Virus record (IMG/VR): IMGVR_UViG_3300012940_000046
Span: 1 to 44,317 of that record
From: a virus
Taxonomy: Duplodnaviria > Caudoviricetes
Strand: one strand, 5' to 3'
Length of the DNA: 44,317 nt
Under the pieces are notes generated by a model. It was not told the DNA's origin. It searched no databases and saw only the letters and a program-made list of their open reading frames with translations. Positions 27,041-37,334 of the stretch are shown in pieces. A program made the translations under genes and the position numbers. Every line of letters begins with the position of its first letter. The first letter of the stretch is position 1.

Positions 27041-27403
27041 ATGCGCTCAGTCGATATCACTTTTGGCGGCATCAAGCGGTCCCTCCGTATCGAGCTGGGG
27101 CACGCGCCGAACTTCGAGGCCGCAACCGGCCTCGGAGCCTTCACGCTCTACAAGGAAATCCACAATCGCAGCGTGACGACGACCGTGCTCGCCGAGACGC
27201 TGCGCACCGCGTTCGCCGTCAACGGCGCGAAATACAGCCAGGCCGAAATCTTCGACATGATCAAGACTGATGGCTTGATCGAAGCGTATGTGACCGCCGA
27301 ACTTTTGATCATGCAGCTTTTCTTGACGCCGGAAGGCACGAAGGAAGCGACTTCAGGAAAAAAGTCGAAGCCGGCGGGCACACGTTCGAACGTTTCCCAC
27401 TAG
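27041..27403 (+). CDS. Tail assembly chaperone (G)
   Basis: Lies between the tube and tape-measure genes; slippery GGA AAA AAG near the 3' end. Confidence 0.8.
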   Translation: MRSVDITFGGIKRSLRIELGHAPNFEAATGLGAFTLYKEIHNRSVTTTVLAETLRTAFAVNGAKYSQAEIFDMIKTDGLIEAYVTAELLIMQLFLTPEGTKEATSGKKSKPAGTRSNVSH

Positions 27404-27582
27404 AGGAATATGTCGGCGCCGGGGCCATGATGGGCTGGCCGGCGTCGGTCACTCTCAGTCACACGAGTTGGGAATTCCATTCGGCTTGGTTAGGCTGGGC
27501 AAAATTCCATTGCCCGGTCCCGCAGCCGAAAGGCATGACGCACGCCGAGCTTGACGCAATTCGTAGAGAGTACGGCATTTAA
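27356..27582 (+). CDS. -1 frameshift extension of the tail chaperone (GT)
   Basis: After A AAA AAG the -1 frame reads VEAGG...MMGWP...MTHAELDAIRREYGI and stops in a TAATG overlap with the tape-measure start. Confidence 0.75.
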
Positions 27583-29249
27583 TGGCTGGCGAGCTTGAGC
27601 GACTTCTAATCCGCCTTGAAGCGGATACGTCTATTCTGCGAAAGGCGCTTTCTGACGCTGAAAAGCAGGTCGCCGGCTTCGGCAATGCCGTAGATAAGAA
27701 CCTCGAAAAATCAGAGCGCCGTTTTAAAGCGTTTGGGGGCACGGCCCGCCAGATTTTCGGCGGGCTTAGCGCTGCCTATCTGATCAAAGAGACGGCGCAG
27801 CTCGCCGACACTTACACGAACATGACGAACCGCTTGAAGTTCGTCACGTCGTCGTCTGCAGAGCTTGAGGCAGTTCAGTCTCGTCTAACGCAGATTGCGC
27901 AGACCACCCGCGTAGACCTTCGGGATACGACAGAGCTTTACGCTCGCATGGCCTTCGCGCTTCGCGATGCCGGCGTGTCAACCAATGACGTTCTGCAGTT
28001 TACGGAGAACCTAAATAAGCTCTTCCAGCTTTCCGGCGCTAGCGCGGCGGAAGCCGCGGGCGCCCTTACGCAGTTTTCGCAGGGTCTCGCCGCTGGGCAG
28101 CTTCGCGGACAAGAGCTCAACTCCGTTATGGAGCAGATTCCGCCCCTCGCTGATCTGATTGCAAAGAAGCTCGGCATCACGACCGGCGAGCTTAAGAAGT
28201 GGGGCGAGCAAGGCAAGATTTCGGGGCGCATAGCCTTCGAGGCTGTGCGAGACGCTACGGACGAGCTTCGCAAGAAATTTGATCAGACCACGCCGACGAT
28301 CGCCCAAGGCTTCGTCACGATCAATAACTCGCTGCTGAACTTCGTCGGCCGCTTGAATGAAGCGACGGGTGCTGGCGAGACGATGGCGCGCACGCTGATC
28401 AAGATCGCAGAGCAGCTTGACAAGATCGACGGTAGCCGCGCGGCGCAGCGGCTGTTTGGCGGCCCCCGCGGGGGCGCTATGGCGGGAGCGCTTGCGGGCG
28501 CGGATGCCGCAACTGGTGTGACAACGCAGGGCTGGGATGCGCAGATTTTCGCCGCGGGCATGGACACGCCCGGCTCGAATAAGCAGAACGCCGCTGATCC
28601 CTTCACTGAAACGGAAAAGAAGCTCGAGCAACTGCGCACGCGCGCGCTCGAAGCGCAGAACCTACAGTCCGAAGCCATCCAAGCTCAGTACGAAACTGAG
28701 CTTCAGCAGTGGCAGTCGATGCTTGATCAGAAATTGATCAGCCTCGAGCAGTTCAATCAGGCGCAGACGAACCTTCAGACTATCGCGAACCGGCGACGGG
28801 AAGACGCCGACCAGCGGACGTCTGATCTTTTGCTGAATCAAGTTAAAGCTACGGGCGCCGCGATCTTTGGTGAGAATAAGAAGTGGGCTATCGCCGAAGC
28901 GCTGATCAATACCTATCAGGGTGTCACAAAAGCGCTCGGATCGGCAGAGCCTCCTTTTAACTTCGCCTTAGCCGCACTCGTGGCCGCGCAAGGCTTCGCG
29001 CAAGTCGCAGCAATTCGTAGCACAAACGGCGGAAGTGGAGGCGGCAGCGCAAGCGTTTCCGCCGGCAGTGCCACCACGTCTGCCAGTGCGTCGTCTTCCT
29101 CGGGTAGCGATTCGTCGTCAAGCACGAATGCCGGACGCGCTGTCAACGTGACGCTTGTTGGCGAGCGCTACAGCCGCGAGCAAGTGCGCGAGCTTGTCGA
29201 AGGGCTCAACGAATACCTCGCTGACGGCGGCCGGCTGTACGTGACCTAA
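27582..29249 (+). CDS. Tape measure protein (555 aa)
   Basis: LLIRLEAD N-terminus, QFSQGLAAGQLRGQELNSVMEQ domain, helical Ala-rich body. Confidence 0.93.
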   Translation: MAGELERLLIRLEADTSILRKALSDAEKQVAGFGNAVDKNLEKSERRFKAFGGTARQIFGGLSAAYLIKETAQLADTYTNMTNRLKFVTSSSAELEAVQSRLTQIAQTTRVDLRDTTELYARMAFALRDAGVSTNDVLQFTENLNKLFQLSGASAAEAAGALTQFSQGLAAGQLRGQELNSVMEQIPPLADLIAKKLGITTGELKKWGEQGKISGRIAFEAVRDATDELRKKFDQTTPTIAQGFVTINNSLLNFVGRLNEATGAGETMARTLIKIAEQLDKIDGSRAAQRLFGGPRGGAMAGALAGADAATGVTTQGWDAQIFAAGMDTPGSNKQNAADPFTETEKKLEQLRTRALEAQNLQSEAIQAQYETELQQWQSMLDQKLISLEQFNQAQTNLQTIANRRREDADQRTSDLLLNQVKATGAAIFGENKKWAIAEALINTYQGVTKALGSAEPPFNFALAALVAAQGFAQVAAIRSTNGGSGGGSASVSAGSATTSASASSSSGSDSSSSTNAGRAVNVTLVGERYSREQVRELVEGLNEYLADGGRLYVT

Positions 29250-29260
29250 GAGGCAAATCT

Positions 29261-30073
29261 GTGCTTGTCGTCTCGCATGCTCTTGTGTTGTCGCAACCGG
29301 CGGTTCTTACGGACAATCTGCCGTTGATCGGCTGGCGAAATGTCGTCACGACAAGCAACCTCGCCGCGACTTCTGCGGATTTGATCTATCCAGCGACGAA
29401 CCTTGCCAATCCGTCTACGGGTTTGAAGTGGCTCGCCACGAGCACCGCAGACCAATATCTGACGGTCACGTTTAGCGATGTGACGGAAGTCGATTACGTC
29501 GCGCTCGCACGTCACAACTTCGCGGACGCCGCGGTGTCAGTGTCCGTTGAGGCGCTTTATGACAGCGTGTGGGAAGAAATTGTTGAGCCGTTTTTGCCGG
29601 GTACGAACGCACCGATTTTGATGCGCTTCGAAGAGCAAGCGCCGGAGGCAATCCGCGTCAAGCTTGCAAGCGGAGACGCGGCGGCGAGCCTGGCCGTTTT
29701 GTACGTCGGCAAGTTGCTCGTCATGGAACGCGGCGTAAACATCGACACGCCGCACACGCCGATGAACTTCGGGCGCGTGACGGAAGCGACGCCCGGCTAT
29801 TCAGACGCGGGCGACTATCTCGGAACGATTATCACGAGCCGGTATTGCCAAACGTCGGAACAGTTCTCGCACTTGAGCCCTACGTGGTATCGCAGCGAGT
29901 TCGATCCGTTCGTATCGTTCGCCGAAGACGCGCCGTTTTTCTACGTGTGGCGGCCGGCTGCGTACCCGGATGAAGTCGGATACGCGAAGCTTACGAGCGA
30001 TCCGGCGCCAACAGTCAACCCGAAGACGAACCGTTTCAACGTGTCGCTCTCAATGCGGGGCGTCCTGCTGTGA
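29261..30073 (+). CDS. Tail tip protein (distal-tail-like)
   Basis: Follows the tape-measure gene; YPATNLANP and PFFYVWRP..YPDEVGY. Confidence 0.7.
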   Translation: MLVVSHALVLSQPAVLTDNLPLIGWRNVVTTSNLAATSADLIYPATNLANPSTGLKWLATSTADQYLTVTFSDVTEVDYVALARHNFADAAVSVSVEALYDSVWEEIVEPFLPGTNAPILMRFEEQAPEAIRVKLASGDAAASLAVLYVGKLLVMERGVNIDTPHTPMNFGRVTEATPGYSDAGDYLGTIITSRYCQTSEQFSHLSPTWYRSEFDPFVSFAEDAPFFYVWRPAAYPDEVGYAKLTSDPAPTVNPKTNRFNVSLSMRGVLL

Positions 30074-32460
30074 GCAAAAGCGTTACCTACGTTGAAATTG
30101 ATCTGCCCTATTGCGCGCTGACGTATGGCACCGCGCCGTGCACGGCGTCGCTCGGGGTTACGGGCGATATCAAGTGCTTCAACACCCTGAAGACGTGCCA
30201 GGACGCCGCGAACTTCGACAACGATCCCGTTACGCTGCGCTTCGCGATGCCGGCCGACTATCTGCCGCGCGACGTTGAGGCGATCCCGGTGCTTGTCGGT
30301 GATCCGGTCACGAGCCCAAGCACGATTTCGCTCGGAAAGAACTTCGGCGAACGCGCGTCTGTCACGGTGACGCTTCGCGATATGCCTTGGAGCGATACGG
30401 GCGTAGGCGGCGATAAGTACCTCGCCGATCGCGGCTACGATCCCTACAAGCGCGGGACGTTTTGGGGAAAGTTCCGCGCTCGTCAGCCCTATGTGCGTGG
30501 GCGCCCGTTGCGTATTATCCGCGGTTATGTTGGCCAAGCCCTGGCCGATATGGAAACGCGCCACTACGTCATTGACTCTTTCGACGGGCCTCAAGCGGAC
30601 GGAACGTTTACGCTCACGGCGAAAGACGTTCTGAAGCTCGCGAGCGGTGATCGCGCTAAGGCGCCGCGCATGAGCAACGGCCGGCTCGTGGCGGATATCA
30701 CGAACAGCGCTACGTCTCTGACGCTGACGCCGAGCGGCGTCGGCAATGCGGAATATCCGAGCGCCGGCTATCTCAATCTGTCGGGTAAGGAAATTGTCCA
30801 GTTTACGCGCAGCGGCGACGTGGTGACGATTTCCGGTGTCACAGACACCGGCCGCGCCAAGTTCAACACGACGGCGGTTGCGCACACCGCGGGCGCCCGC
30901 GCGCAAGTCTGCTTGTTCTTCGACGGCGAAGACCCGGCGGACGTTATGGCGACGCTTCTGCAAGATTATGCAGACGTAGACCCAGCGTATATCCCGCTCG
31001 CGACGTGGAAAGAGGCGACTGCCGCATATTTGGGGAACGTCTACACGGCGTTGATTCCAGAGCCAACAGGTGTAGACACGTTGGGCTCTGAGGTCATCGA
31101 GCAAGCCGGGCTCGTGTTCGGATGGGATGACGTCAATCAGGTCATTCGCTTGGACGTGCTCCGCAACATTGCGTCCGATGCGGCGCTGTATGACGAAAAC
31201 AACTTGCTCGCAAAGACGTTCCGCGTGCGCGAGCAGCCCGACGCGCGTGTGTCGCAAGTGGCGATCTATTTCGGCCAGCGCAATCCGCTCGAGTCGCTCG
31301 ACAACCCGGATAACTACGAGTGCACAGAGCTTGTGGTCGCGCTCGAGTCTGAAGGCTATTACGGCTCTGCGGTTATCAAGACGATTTACTCACGTTGGAT
31401 TCCGTTCGCCGGCCGCTCGCTTGCGACGCGCATCGGCGGCATTATCGTCGGTAGGTTTCAAGACCCGCCGCGCCGCGTGAATTTCAGCGTTTTTCGCGAG
31501 GGTGTCAGTGTAACGCCGGCCCTGATGACAGGCTATAAGGTCGGGTATCAAGGCGGCCAGGATGCGACGGGCGCCCGCGCTGTGTTCCCCGTTCAAGTGA
31601 CGCGGCTCAATCCGAAGAATACGCTTCTAGAGTGCGAGGCCGAAGAGGTTTTGTTTACGGGCATCGATCCCGTTGACATTACTGATCGCGTTTTGCTGAT
31701 CGACACGAACCAAAACAACGTTGACGTTTTGGCGCTGCACAACTCGATTTATCCTGTACTGACCGACGACGACGTTTCAAACGGCGTCAATCTGACGGTT
31801 GTCATCGCAGAAGGTGCGACGGTCGGTGCCACGACGGCAACCGCTTCCGGCATCGCGCTTGATTTCGGCGCGACTGACGTTTGGCCTTCTGGCTTCCCGA
31901 TTACGCTGCGTGTTGCGGGGCGCGTGCGCGGCAAAGGCGGGTTCGGCGGTTCCGGCGGTAACGGCAACATTACTCCCGCTCCGGCCGGCGCCGCTGGCCA
32001 GGGGGGTGGTACGGCGTTGCGGACGCGACACGCGTTGAGCATTGAGCTTCTAGCAACTGGCGAAATTAAGGGCGGCGGCGGCGGCGGCGGTGGCGGGGGC
32101 ACGGGTGCGTTTAACGCTGCATTTATTCGAGCGGGCGGCGGGGGTGGCGGCGGGGGCGGGGGCGTCAATGGTGGTGTTGGAGGGGGGCCGGGCTCTTATG
32201 CGGGCTCGGGCGGTAGTGGCACGTCTACTGCGGGGGGCGCTGGCGGGCCTCGAGGCGAACGATTTGATCAAACGTGGTCGCGCGGCGGGCCGGGCGGCGC
32301 GGGAGGTCAACCCGGCGCGGCGGGTTCCGCCGGCACGTCAATTGCGCCGTCCGGCGGAGCTGGCGGTGCGGGCGGCGCAGCGGGCCGTGCGATCGACGGC
32401 GTTTCATACTGCACATTTTCAATCAATCTCGGCTCGCGTGCCGGTCCTGAAGTGAATTGA
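30070..32460 (+). CDS. Tail hub/tip protein with C-terminal beta domain and Gly-rich adhesin-like region
   Basis: N-terminal Cys cluster (C..TYG..PC..KCFNT..TC); C-terminal polyglycine tracts resembling T-even gp38 adhesins. Confidence 0.8.
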   Translation: MSKSVTYVEIDLPYCALTYGTAPCTASLGVTGDIKCFNTLKTCQDAANFDNDPVTLRFAMPADYLPRDVEAIPVLVGDPVTSPSTISLGKNFGERASVTVTLRDMPWSDTGVGGDKYLADRGYDPYKRGTFWGKFRARQPYVRGRPLRIIRGYVGQALADMETRHYVIDSFDGPQADGTFTLTAKDVLKLASGDRAKAPRMSNGRLVADITNSATSLTLTPSGVGNAEYPSAGYLNLSGKEIVQFTRSGDVVTISGVTDTGRAKFNTTAVAHTAGARAQVCLFFDGEDPADVMATLLQDYADVDPAYIPLATWKEATAAYLGNVYTALIPEPTGVDTLGSEVIEQAGLVFGWDDVNQVIRLDVLRNIASDAALYDENNLLAKTFRVREQPDARVSQVAIYFGQRNPLESLDNPDNYECTELVVALESEGYYGSAVIKTIYSRWIPFAGRSLATRIGGIIVGRFQDPPRRVNFSVFREGVSVTPALMTGYKVGYQGGQDATGARAVFPVQVTRLNPKNTLLECEAEEVLFTGIDPVDITDRVLLIDTNQNNVDVLALHNSIYPVLTDDDVSNGVNLTVVIAEGATVGATTATASGIALDFGATDVWPSGFPITLRVAGRVRGKGGFGGSGGNGNITPAPAGAAGQGGGTALRTRHALSIELLATGEIKGGGGGGGGGGTGAFNAAFIRAGGGGGGGGGGVNGGVGGGPGSYAGSGGSGTSTAGGAGGPRGERFDQTWSRGGPGGAGGQPGAAGSAGTSIAPSGGAGGAGGAAGRAIDGVSYCTFSINLGSRAGPEVN

Positions 32461-32469
32461 GGCTAGATC

Positions 32470-35319
32470 ATGTTGTCGCGTTGGGAACAGACGATTACGG
32501 ACGAGTTCGGCAATCGCATTGATCAGCCGACAGTGCGCGTTCAGTACGAGATTACGGGCGCCCCGAATGCGGTCCTGAAGGCGGATAAGGATGGCGTCAC
32601 ACCGCTCAGCAATTCCTTTACGCCCGCGTCCGGCGTTGATCCGTTTTTCTATGTCGCGGGTGGTTTCTTCAAGATCACGATTACGAAGGGCGCTTATACG
32701 AAGGTGCTTCGAGACGTTGCGCTCGGCACCGCGGCGGGCTCTGACTCGCCGCCGTTCATTCCGGCGGGCGATTGGGATAGCGTGACGGAGTACGTTGCGA
32801 ACAATCTTGTTCAGCACGATGGCCGCTCGTTCTTCGCACTTCAGCCGAGCACGGACGTTGAGCCCGGCGTTGACGCCGGGTGGGCGGATTATTGGTGGGC
32901 GCTCTCGGGGGCATTGGTAGACGAGCCGGACCCCACGCTCGGGGCCGATCTTGATCTGAACGGGCACGATATCACCGGGACGGGCGATGTAAACATTACG
33001 GGTGGCGTCACTGTCACCGGGGCTGTGGCTGCCGGTAACGGGGCCGCTGCGACCCCGAGCCTTCGCGTTGCCTCAGAAGCTACGGGATGGTTTCTCGCCG
33101 CGGCGGGAAATCTTGGTGCCGCTATCGCGGGGGTCGCCAAACTTATCCTGAACGCAACGGCGCTTCGCCCGGCTACTGACGACAGCATCGCGCTTGGCGC
33201 ATCCGGCTTCGCATACTCTGATGCGTTTTTCGGCTCGGGCGCCGTGGTCAACTTCGGCAACGGCAACGCAACTCTTACGCACTCAAGCGGACAGCTCACG
33301 TCCAGCGTGGACATTGTTGTCCCGTCGCACACATACGGCTCGGATTGGAATGCCTCTAACGAGGTTCCGACGAAAAACGACGTGTACGACAAGCTTGTTC
33401 GGCTCCCCGTCAATATCCTTGACTACGGCGCTATCGGTGACGGCGATATTGCGAACGCATCGACAAACGCAACGGCCCTGACTAACGCCCTGGCCACCGG
33501 GCGGCCCGTGCTCATTCCGTATACGTCCTCGGGCTATCACTTCGGCACGAATACAATCACCATCGGGACCGGGCAGTACATCATTGGCGAGCGGCGCGTT
33601 ACGCTTAAGAGCACGGCGGCCGGCTCGGATTGCTTCCTCCGGTTGACGGGCTTTCAGGTTAATTCCGGTGTCGAGAACGTCACCATTGATATGACGGGTT
33701 CCGGCTCGACTTCGACGGCCATCCGCTACGGGCTTTCGAGTGGCGTCGTTTACCGCACCTACCTGAAGAACATTCGTTTCATCAATTGCGTTGAGGCAGT
33801 CGGTGACGAAACGCCCGGCTCAAACTACATCGTGGAAGCCTGGTGGGAGAATCTAACCTGTGAGCTTACGCGAGGGCGTCAGTTCTATAGCCGCAAGTCG
33901 CGCGGGTTCTTCTACGTCAACGGGTGCGTTGTTGACCGTACGCTAGACACGAGCACGACGACGTGGGAGGGCGCACGGTTTGAGGACGCCGTTGGTATCG
34001 AGTTCAACCGCTTCGACGTTGTTGGCCAAGTCGGCACCACGGCACAAGCCGCCGCAATTGGTTTGGTGGTCAGTGGTTGCACGTCGGTTTGGATGGACCG
34101 TTGTTTGTTCGATAACAGCACCGGCCCAGGCGTTCAGATTCTCACGGTTAACAACTTCGTCGCAAAGAATCTTGAGGTCTATCAGAACCTCACGAGTGCC
34201 ATCTATATGGCCTCGGTCACGAACGGTCAGATCGTCAATCTGTTCGTTGAGGGCAACGTCGGGTTGACCGGTGCCGCGGCTGGTGCGCACGGCGTTTACA
34301 TGGACACGTGTTCAAACGTCCAGGTTAGCAATCTTCGAACGAACAAAAACACGGGGTCAGGTCTAGCCCTCAACAACTGTTCATATATTCAGGTCACAAA
34401 CTGCATCGCCCGCGACAATACCGCATACGGCATTGTAGAATCCGGCACATCTGACAACAACCACGTCACGGAGACATTTTTCTCTGGCAACGGCTCGGGC
34501 ACGGTTTCCGTGCTTGGCGCCAACTCGCGTATTGCCGTTCCCGTCCGCGAAGTTCTATCCGCCGCCCGCACCTACTACGTCCGCACGGATGGATCGAACA
34601 GCAACACGGGGCGCGCGAATACTTCGGGCGGCGCATTCCTGACCCTCGCCAAGGCGATGGAAGTTGTCGCCACTCTGGACTTCAACGGCTACACCGTAAC
34701 GGTTCAAGTCGGTGACGGCACGTACACGGCCGGATGCACAATTCCCGCCTGCGTTGGACAAGCGAACGTCTCGAATCTCATTATTCAAGGCAACAGCGGA
34801 ACGCCCGGCAACGTCATAATTTCGACCACTAGCGCCTCCTGCATTCAAACCGCGGCATTCGGCAAGGCGCGCATCAAGGATATGGAGCTGCGCACCACCA
34901 CAAGCGGTTACTGCCTGTCGGCCGTGAATCAAGGCGTTCTCGAATGGACCAACCTTCAGTTCGGCGCATGCGCTCAGTCGCACGTCATCGCCAACGCGGG
35001 CGGGCAAGCGTTCAGCGTCGGGAACTACGCTATAGTGGGGGCCGCGTCTGCTCACATCCAAGCAGACGGTGCGGGCTCGCAAGCGGAAGTCGGATCAAAA
35101 ACCGTAACGATCACCGGGACACCCGCATTTGGAACAGCCTTTGCAATTTCCGGCTCGAATGGCGTGCTGCGATTGTTCCTTAACACCTACTCAGGTTCGG
35201 CTACTGGGGCCCGCTATCTGGCAACAAACGGCGGGGGCATTGCGACGTTTGGCGCGGGCGCTACCGCACTTCCCGGTAACTCCGCAGGCACGGCAACTTC
35301 CCCAGGATGGTACGCATGA
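32470..35319 (+). CDS. Tail fibre/spike with parallel beta-helix (putative depolymerase)
   Basis: NILDYGAIGDG pectate-lyase-3-like start, Asn/Gly-rich beta-helix repeats, second module RTYYVRTDGSNSNTG. Confidence 0.85.
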   Translation: MLSRWEQTITDEFGNRIDQPTVRVQYEITGAPNAVLKADKDGVTPLSNSFTPASGVDPFFYVAGGFFKITITKGAYTKVLRDVALGTAAGSDSPPFIPAGDWDSVTEYVANNLVQHDGRSFFALQPSTDVEPGVDAGWADYWWALSGALVDEPDPTLGADLDLNGHDITGTGDVNITGGVTVTGAVAAGNGAAATPSLRVASEATGWFLAAAGNLGAAIAGVAKLILNATALRPATDDSIALGASGFAYSDAFFGSGAVVNFGNGNATLTHSSGQLTSSVDIVVPSHTYGSDWNASNEVPTKNDVYDKLVRLPVNILDYGAIGDGDIANASTNATALTNALATGRPVLIPYTSSGYHFGTNTITIGTGQYIIGERRVTLKSTAAGSDCFLRLTGFQVNSGVENVTIDMTGSGSTSTAIRYGLSSGVVYRTYLKNIRFINCVEAVGDETPGSNYIVEAWWENLTCELTRGRQFYSRKSRGFFYVNGCVVDRTLDTSTTTWEGARFEDAVGIEFNRFDVVGQVGTTAQAAAIGLVVSGCTSVWMDRCLFDNSTGPGVQILTVNNFVAKNLEVYQNLTSAIYMASVTNGQIVNLFVEGNVGLTGAAAGAHGVYMDTCSNVQVSNLRTNKNTGSGLALNNCSYIQVTNCIARDNTAYGIVESGTSDNNHVTETFFSGNGSGTVSVLGANSRIAVPVREVLSAARTYYVRTDGSNSNTGRANTSGGAFLTLAKAMEVVATLDFNGYTVTVQVGDGTYTAGCTIPACVGQANVSNLIIQGNSGTPGNVIISTTSASCIQTAAFGKARIKDMELRTTTSGYCLSAVNQGVLEWTNLQFGACAQSHVIANAGGQAFSVGNYAIVGAASAHIQADGAGSQAEVGSKTVTITGTPAFGTAFAISGSNGVLRLFLNTYSGSATGARYLATNGGGIATFGAGATALPGNSAGTATSPGWYA

Positions 35320-35504
35320 CGCTCGTTTATGACCCGCTCAATTGGTTTTGGATTGTCGGCGGCGATGAAAGCCGCGCATGGTCCAGCAAGGCCGCCGCAT
35401 ACGTGACGGTGTTTCCCTCCGACACGCTGACGCGCATCGCAAGCGAACAAGAGCTTGACGACGTGCTTGCGGTCTACGGGTTGCCCGGACCTAGCGCGAG
35501 CTAG
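35316..35504 (+). CDS. Small fibre-associated protein
   Basis: ATGA overlap; YDPLNWFWIVGGD..RAWSS motif. Confidence 0.65.
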   Translation: MTLVYDPLNWFWIVGGDESRAWSSKAAAYVTVFPSDTLTRIASEQELDDVLAVYGLPGPSAS

Positions 35505-35697
35505 ACCGTATCCCTTCGCCAAGGCACACCGGGCACGGGCCGAAGAGCTGACCCCCGCCGTACACGTCTTTTTGCCCGGTGCCGTTGCAGTGTGAGCAAC
35601 CGTTTCGCTTCCACTGTTCTAGCTGAGCTTGGCGGGCATCCGCCGCGCGCCCGTCTTCTATGGCGCGCGTGACGTGCTTGTAAATTCCATAAATCAT
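35491..35697 (-). CDS. Small protein with DnaJ-type CxxCxGxG zinc finger
   Basis: CSHCNGTG...CPVCLGEG; antisense to the late genes. Confidence 0.6.
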   Translation of the reverse strand: MIYGIYKHVTRAIEDGRAADARQAQLEQWKRNGCSHCNGTGQKDVYGGGQLFGPCPVCLGEGIRSSSR

Positions 35698-35766
35698 GGC
35701 GCATTAAACCCCGTGCTATAGAAACGCGATTTTGCCTCGTTTCGCTGCCGTGGCATTTACAATGCT

Positions 35767-36618
35767 ATGGCTAAGACGCGCGCGGCGATCATCGCCGATT
35801 ATCAGAATAAATTCGAGACTATGCGTGTGACGCGCGAGGCTGCGGTAAATGCCGCGGCGAAGCGAATCATGGCCAATATGCCAGCCTACCGCGCCGTCGA
35901 AGCAAAGACGAGTGTCCCCGCTGCGTTTATCGGCGTTTTGCACATGCGCGAGTGCAACAACGATATGCGCGGGTGCCTGCACAACGGCGAGCGCATTATC
36001 GGCACGAAGCGCAAGACGCGCCTTGTCCCCGCCGGCCGCGGCCCCTTCGCGACGTGGGAAGAGGCGGCAATCGACGCCCTGGCCCTCAAGGGCTACTCCG
36101 AAATTACTGATTGGAGCCACGGCGCTACGCTCGAGGCCGCAGAACGGTTTAACGGCCTCGGCTACCGCGGCCGGAAGGGCGGCAACCCATACCTGTGGGG
36201 CGCGACGCAATATTACACGCGCGGCAAGTACGTGCGCGATCACGTGTACGACGCGAATTTTGTCGATCCCCAGCTCGGCGTTGCCCCCGTGATGAAACGC
36301 GTCATGGAATTGGATGCCGCCGCAAAGCCTTCTGTCATCGCGCGCTGGTCGCAGCGCCGCGAAGAGAAGAAAGCAACCGTGCGCGCCGAGCAACCGCAGC
36401 TCGCGCGCGACGATCGCGTGACGGACTTCCTCGAATACTGCGGCCTCGGCAGCGTTTCGCTGCTTGGCATCCTTCAGCAGATTGGAGCCTTTATCATCGA
36501 CTGGCGGACGCTGACGATTTTCGGCGTTGGCGCTGCGATTTGGGGCGGCTTCAAGCTCCGCAAATGGCGCGCACGCCGCGCATTCTCAATCCCGGCAGCG
36601 GATGGCCCGAATGTTTGA
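35767..36618 (+). CDS. Endolysin (lysozyme-like fold) with C-terminal TM segments
   Basis: VP..FIGVLHMRE, LHNGE, VPAGRGPF..WEEAAIDAL, ERFNGLGY, PYLW and DPQLG. Confidence 0.85.
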   Translation: MAKTRAAIIADYQNKFETMRVTREAAVNAAAKRIMANMPAYRAVEAKTSVPAAFIGVLHMRECNNDMRGCLHNGERIIGTKRKTRLVPAGRGPFATWEEAAIDALALKGYSEITDWSHGATLEAAERFNGLGYRGRKGGNPYLWGATQYYTRGKYVRDHVYDANFVDPQLGVAPVMKRVMELDAAAKPSVIARWSQRREEKKATVRAEQPQLARDDRVTDFLEYCGLGSVSLLGILQQIGAFIIDWRTLTIFGVGAAIWGGFKLRKWRARRAFSIPAADGPNV

Positions 36619-37030
36619 TTTTCTCCCATCGTGGACAGCCTGGCTATTCGGCGGCACGGCGACACTGCTTATCGCGGCGTTGCTCGCTTACGCGCTCGGG
36701 GCGCGCGAGCTTGCGGCTATCGTTGCCTCGTTCCTTCGCCCTATCGTCGCGGCGATTGGTGGCGTGCTCGGCAACGCAATCACCTTCACCTACGAGAACA
36801 CGCGCGACGGCCTCGTGATTATCGGGCGCAGCGGCAAGGCGCTTTTCGCTCTGCTTGTCGTGTGCTCGATCGTGGCGGCCAGCGTGTACGTTCCGACGAA
36901 GAAAGCCACAGAGCGCAAGACGTGGGCAAAAGCCCACAAGGATTACACGCTCGTTTCGAAGCGCAAGGCGCCTGCCCGCGCGGCGAAGACGGATTCGCGA
37001 TCGATCACTCTGCGCAATTTCATGAGGTAA
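36611..37030 (+). CDS. Membrane protein (holin or spanin candidate)
   Basis: Several TM helices, basic tail, follows the endolysin. Confidence 0.6.
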   Translation: MFDFLPSWTAWLFGGTATLLIAALLAYALGARELAAIVASFLRPIVAAIGGVLGNAITFTYENTRDGLVIIGRSGKALFALLVVCSIVAASVYVPTKKATERKTWAKAHKDYTLVSKRKAPARAAKTDSRSITLRNFMR

Positions 37031-37033
37031 GCC

Positions 37034-37291
37034 GTGCTCGAAAAGCTTAAGGCCCTTGTCGCTTGGTACAAGGCACTCCCGAACAAGTCGATTATGGTTG
37101 CCGTGCCGCTCAAGCTGTCCGTGCTTGTCGGGGCGGCTATCGTCTTTCTCGCGTTCGGGCTGATCGCCGCGGACGTGTTCAAGTCGCGCGTTGTCGGCTA
37201 CGAGCCGGTGACGCTGGCCGATTTCTCGAAGCTCGAACAGAAGGTTTCGGCGTGCGTGCCGGCGCCGAAGTCCAAGGCAAAGAAGCGCTAA
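37034..37291 (+). CDS. Single-TM membrane protein
   Basis: GAGG RBS; hydrophobic core. Confidence 0.65.
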   Translation: MLEKLKALVAWYKALPNKSIMVAVPLKLSVLVGAAIVFLAFGLIAADVFKSRVVGYEPVTLADFSKLEQKVSACVPAPKSKAKKR

Positions 37292-37334
37292 TTTGGAGCG
37301 GGGCTCATGTCCGGCACGGCTAAGGGGTACGTCA

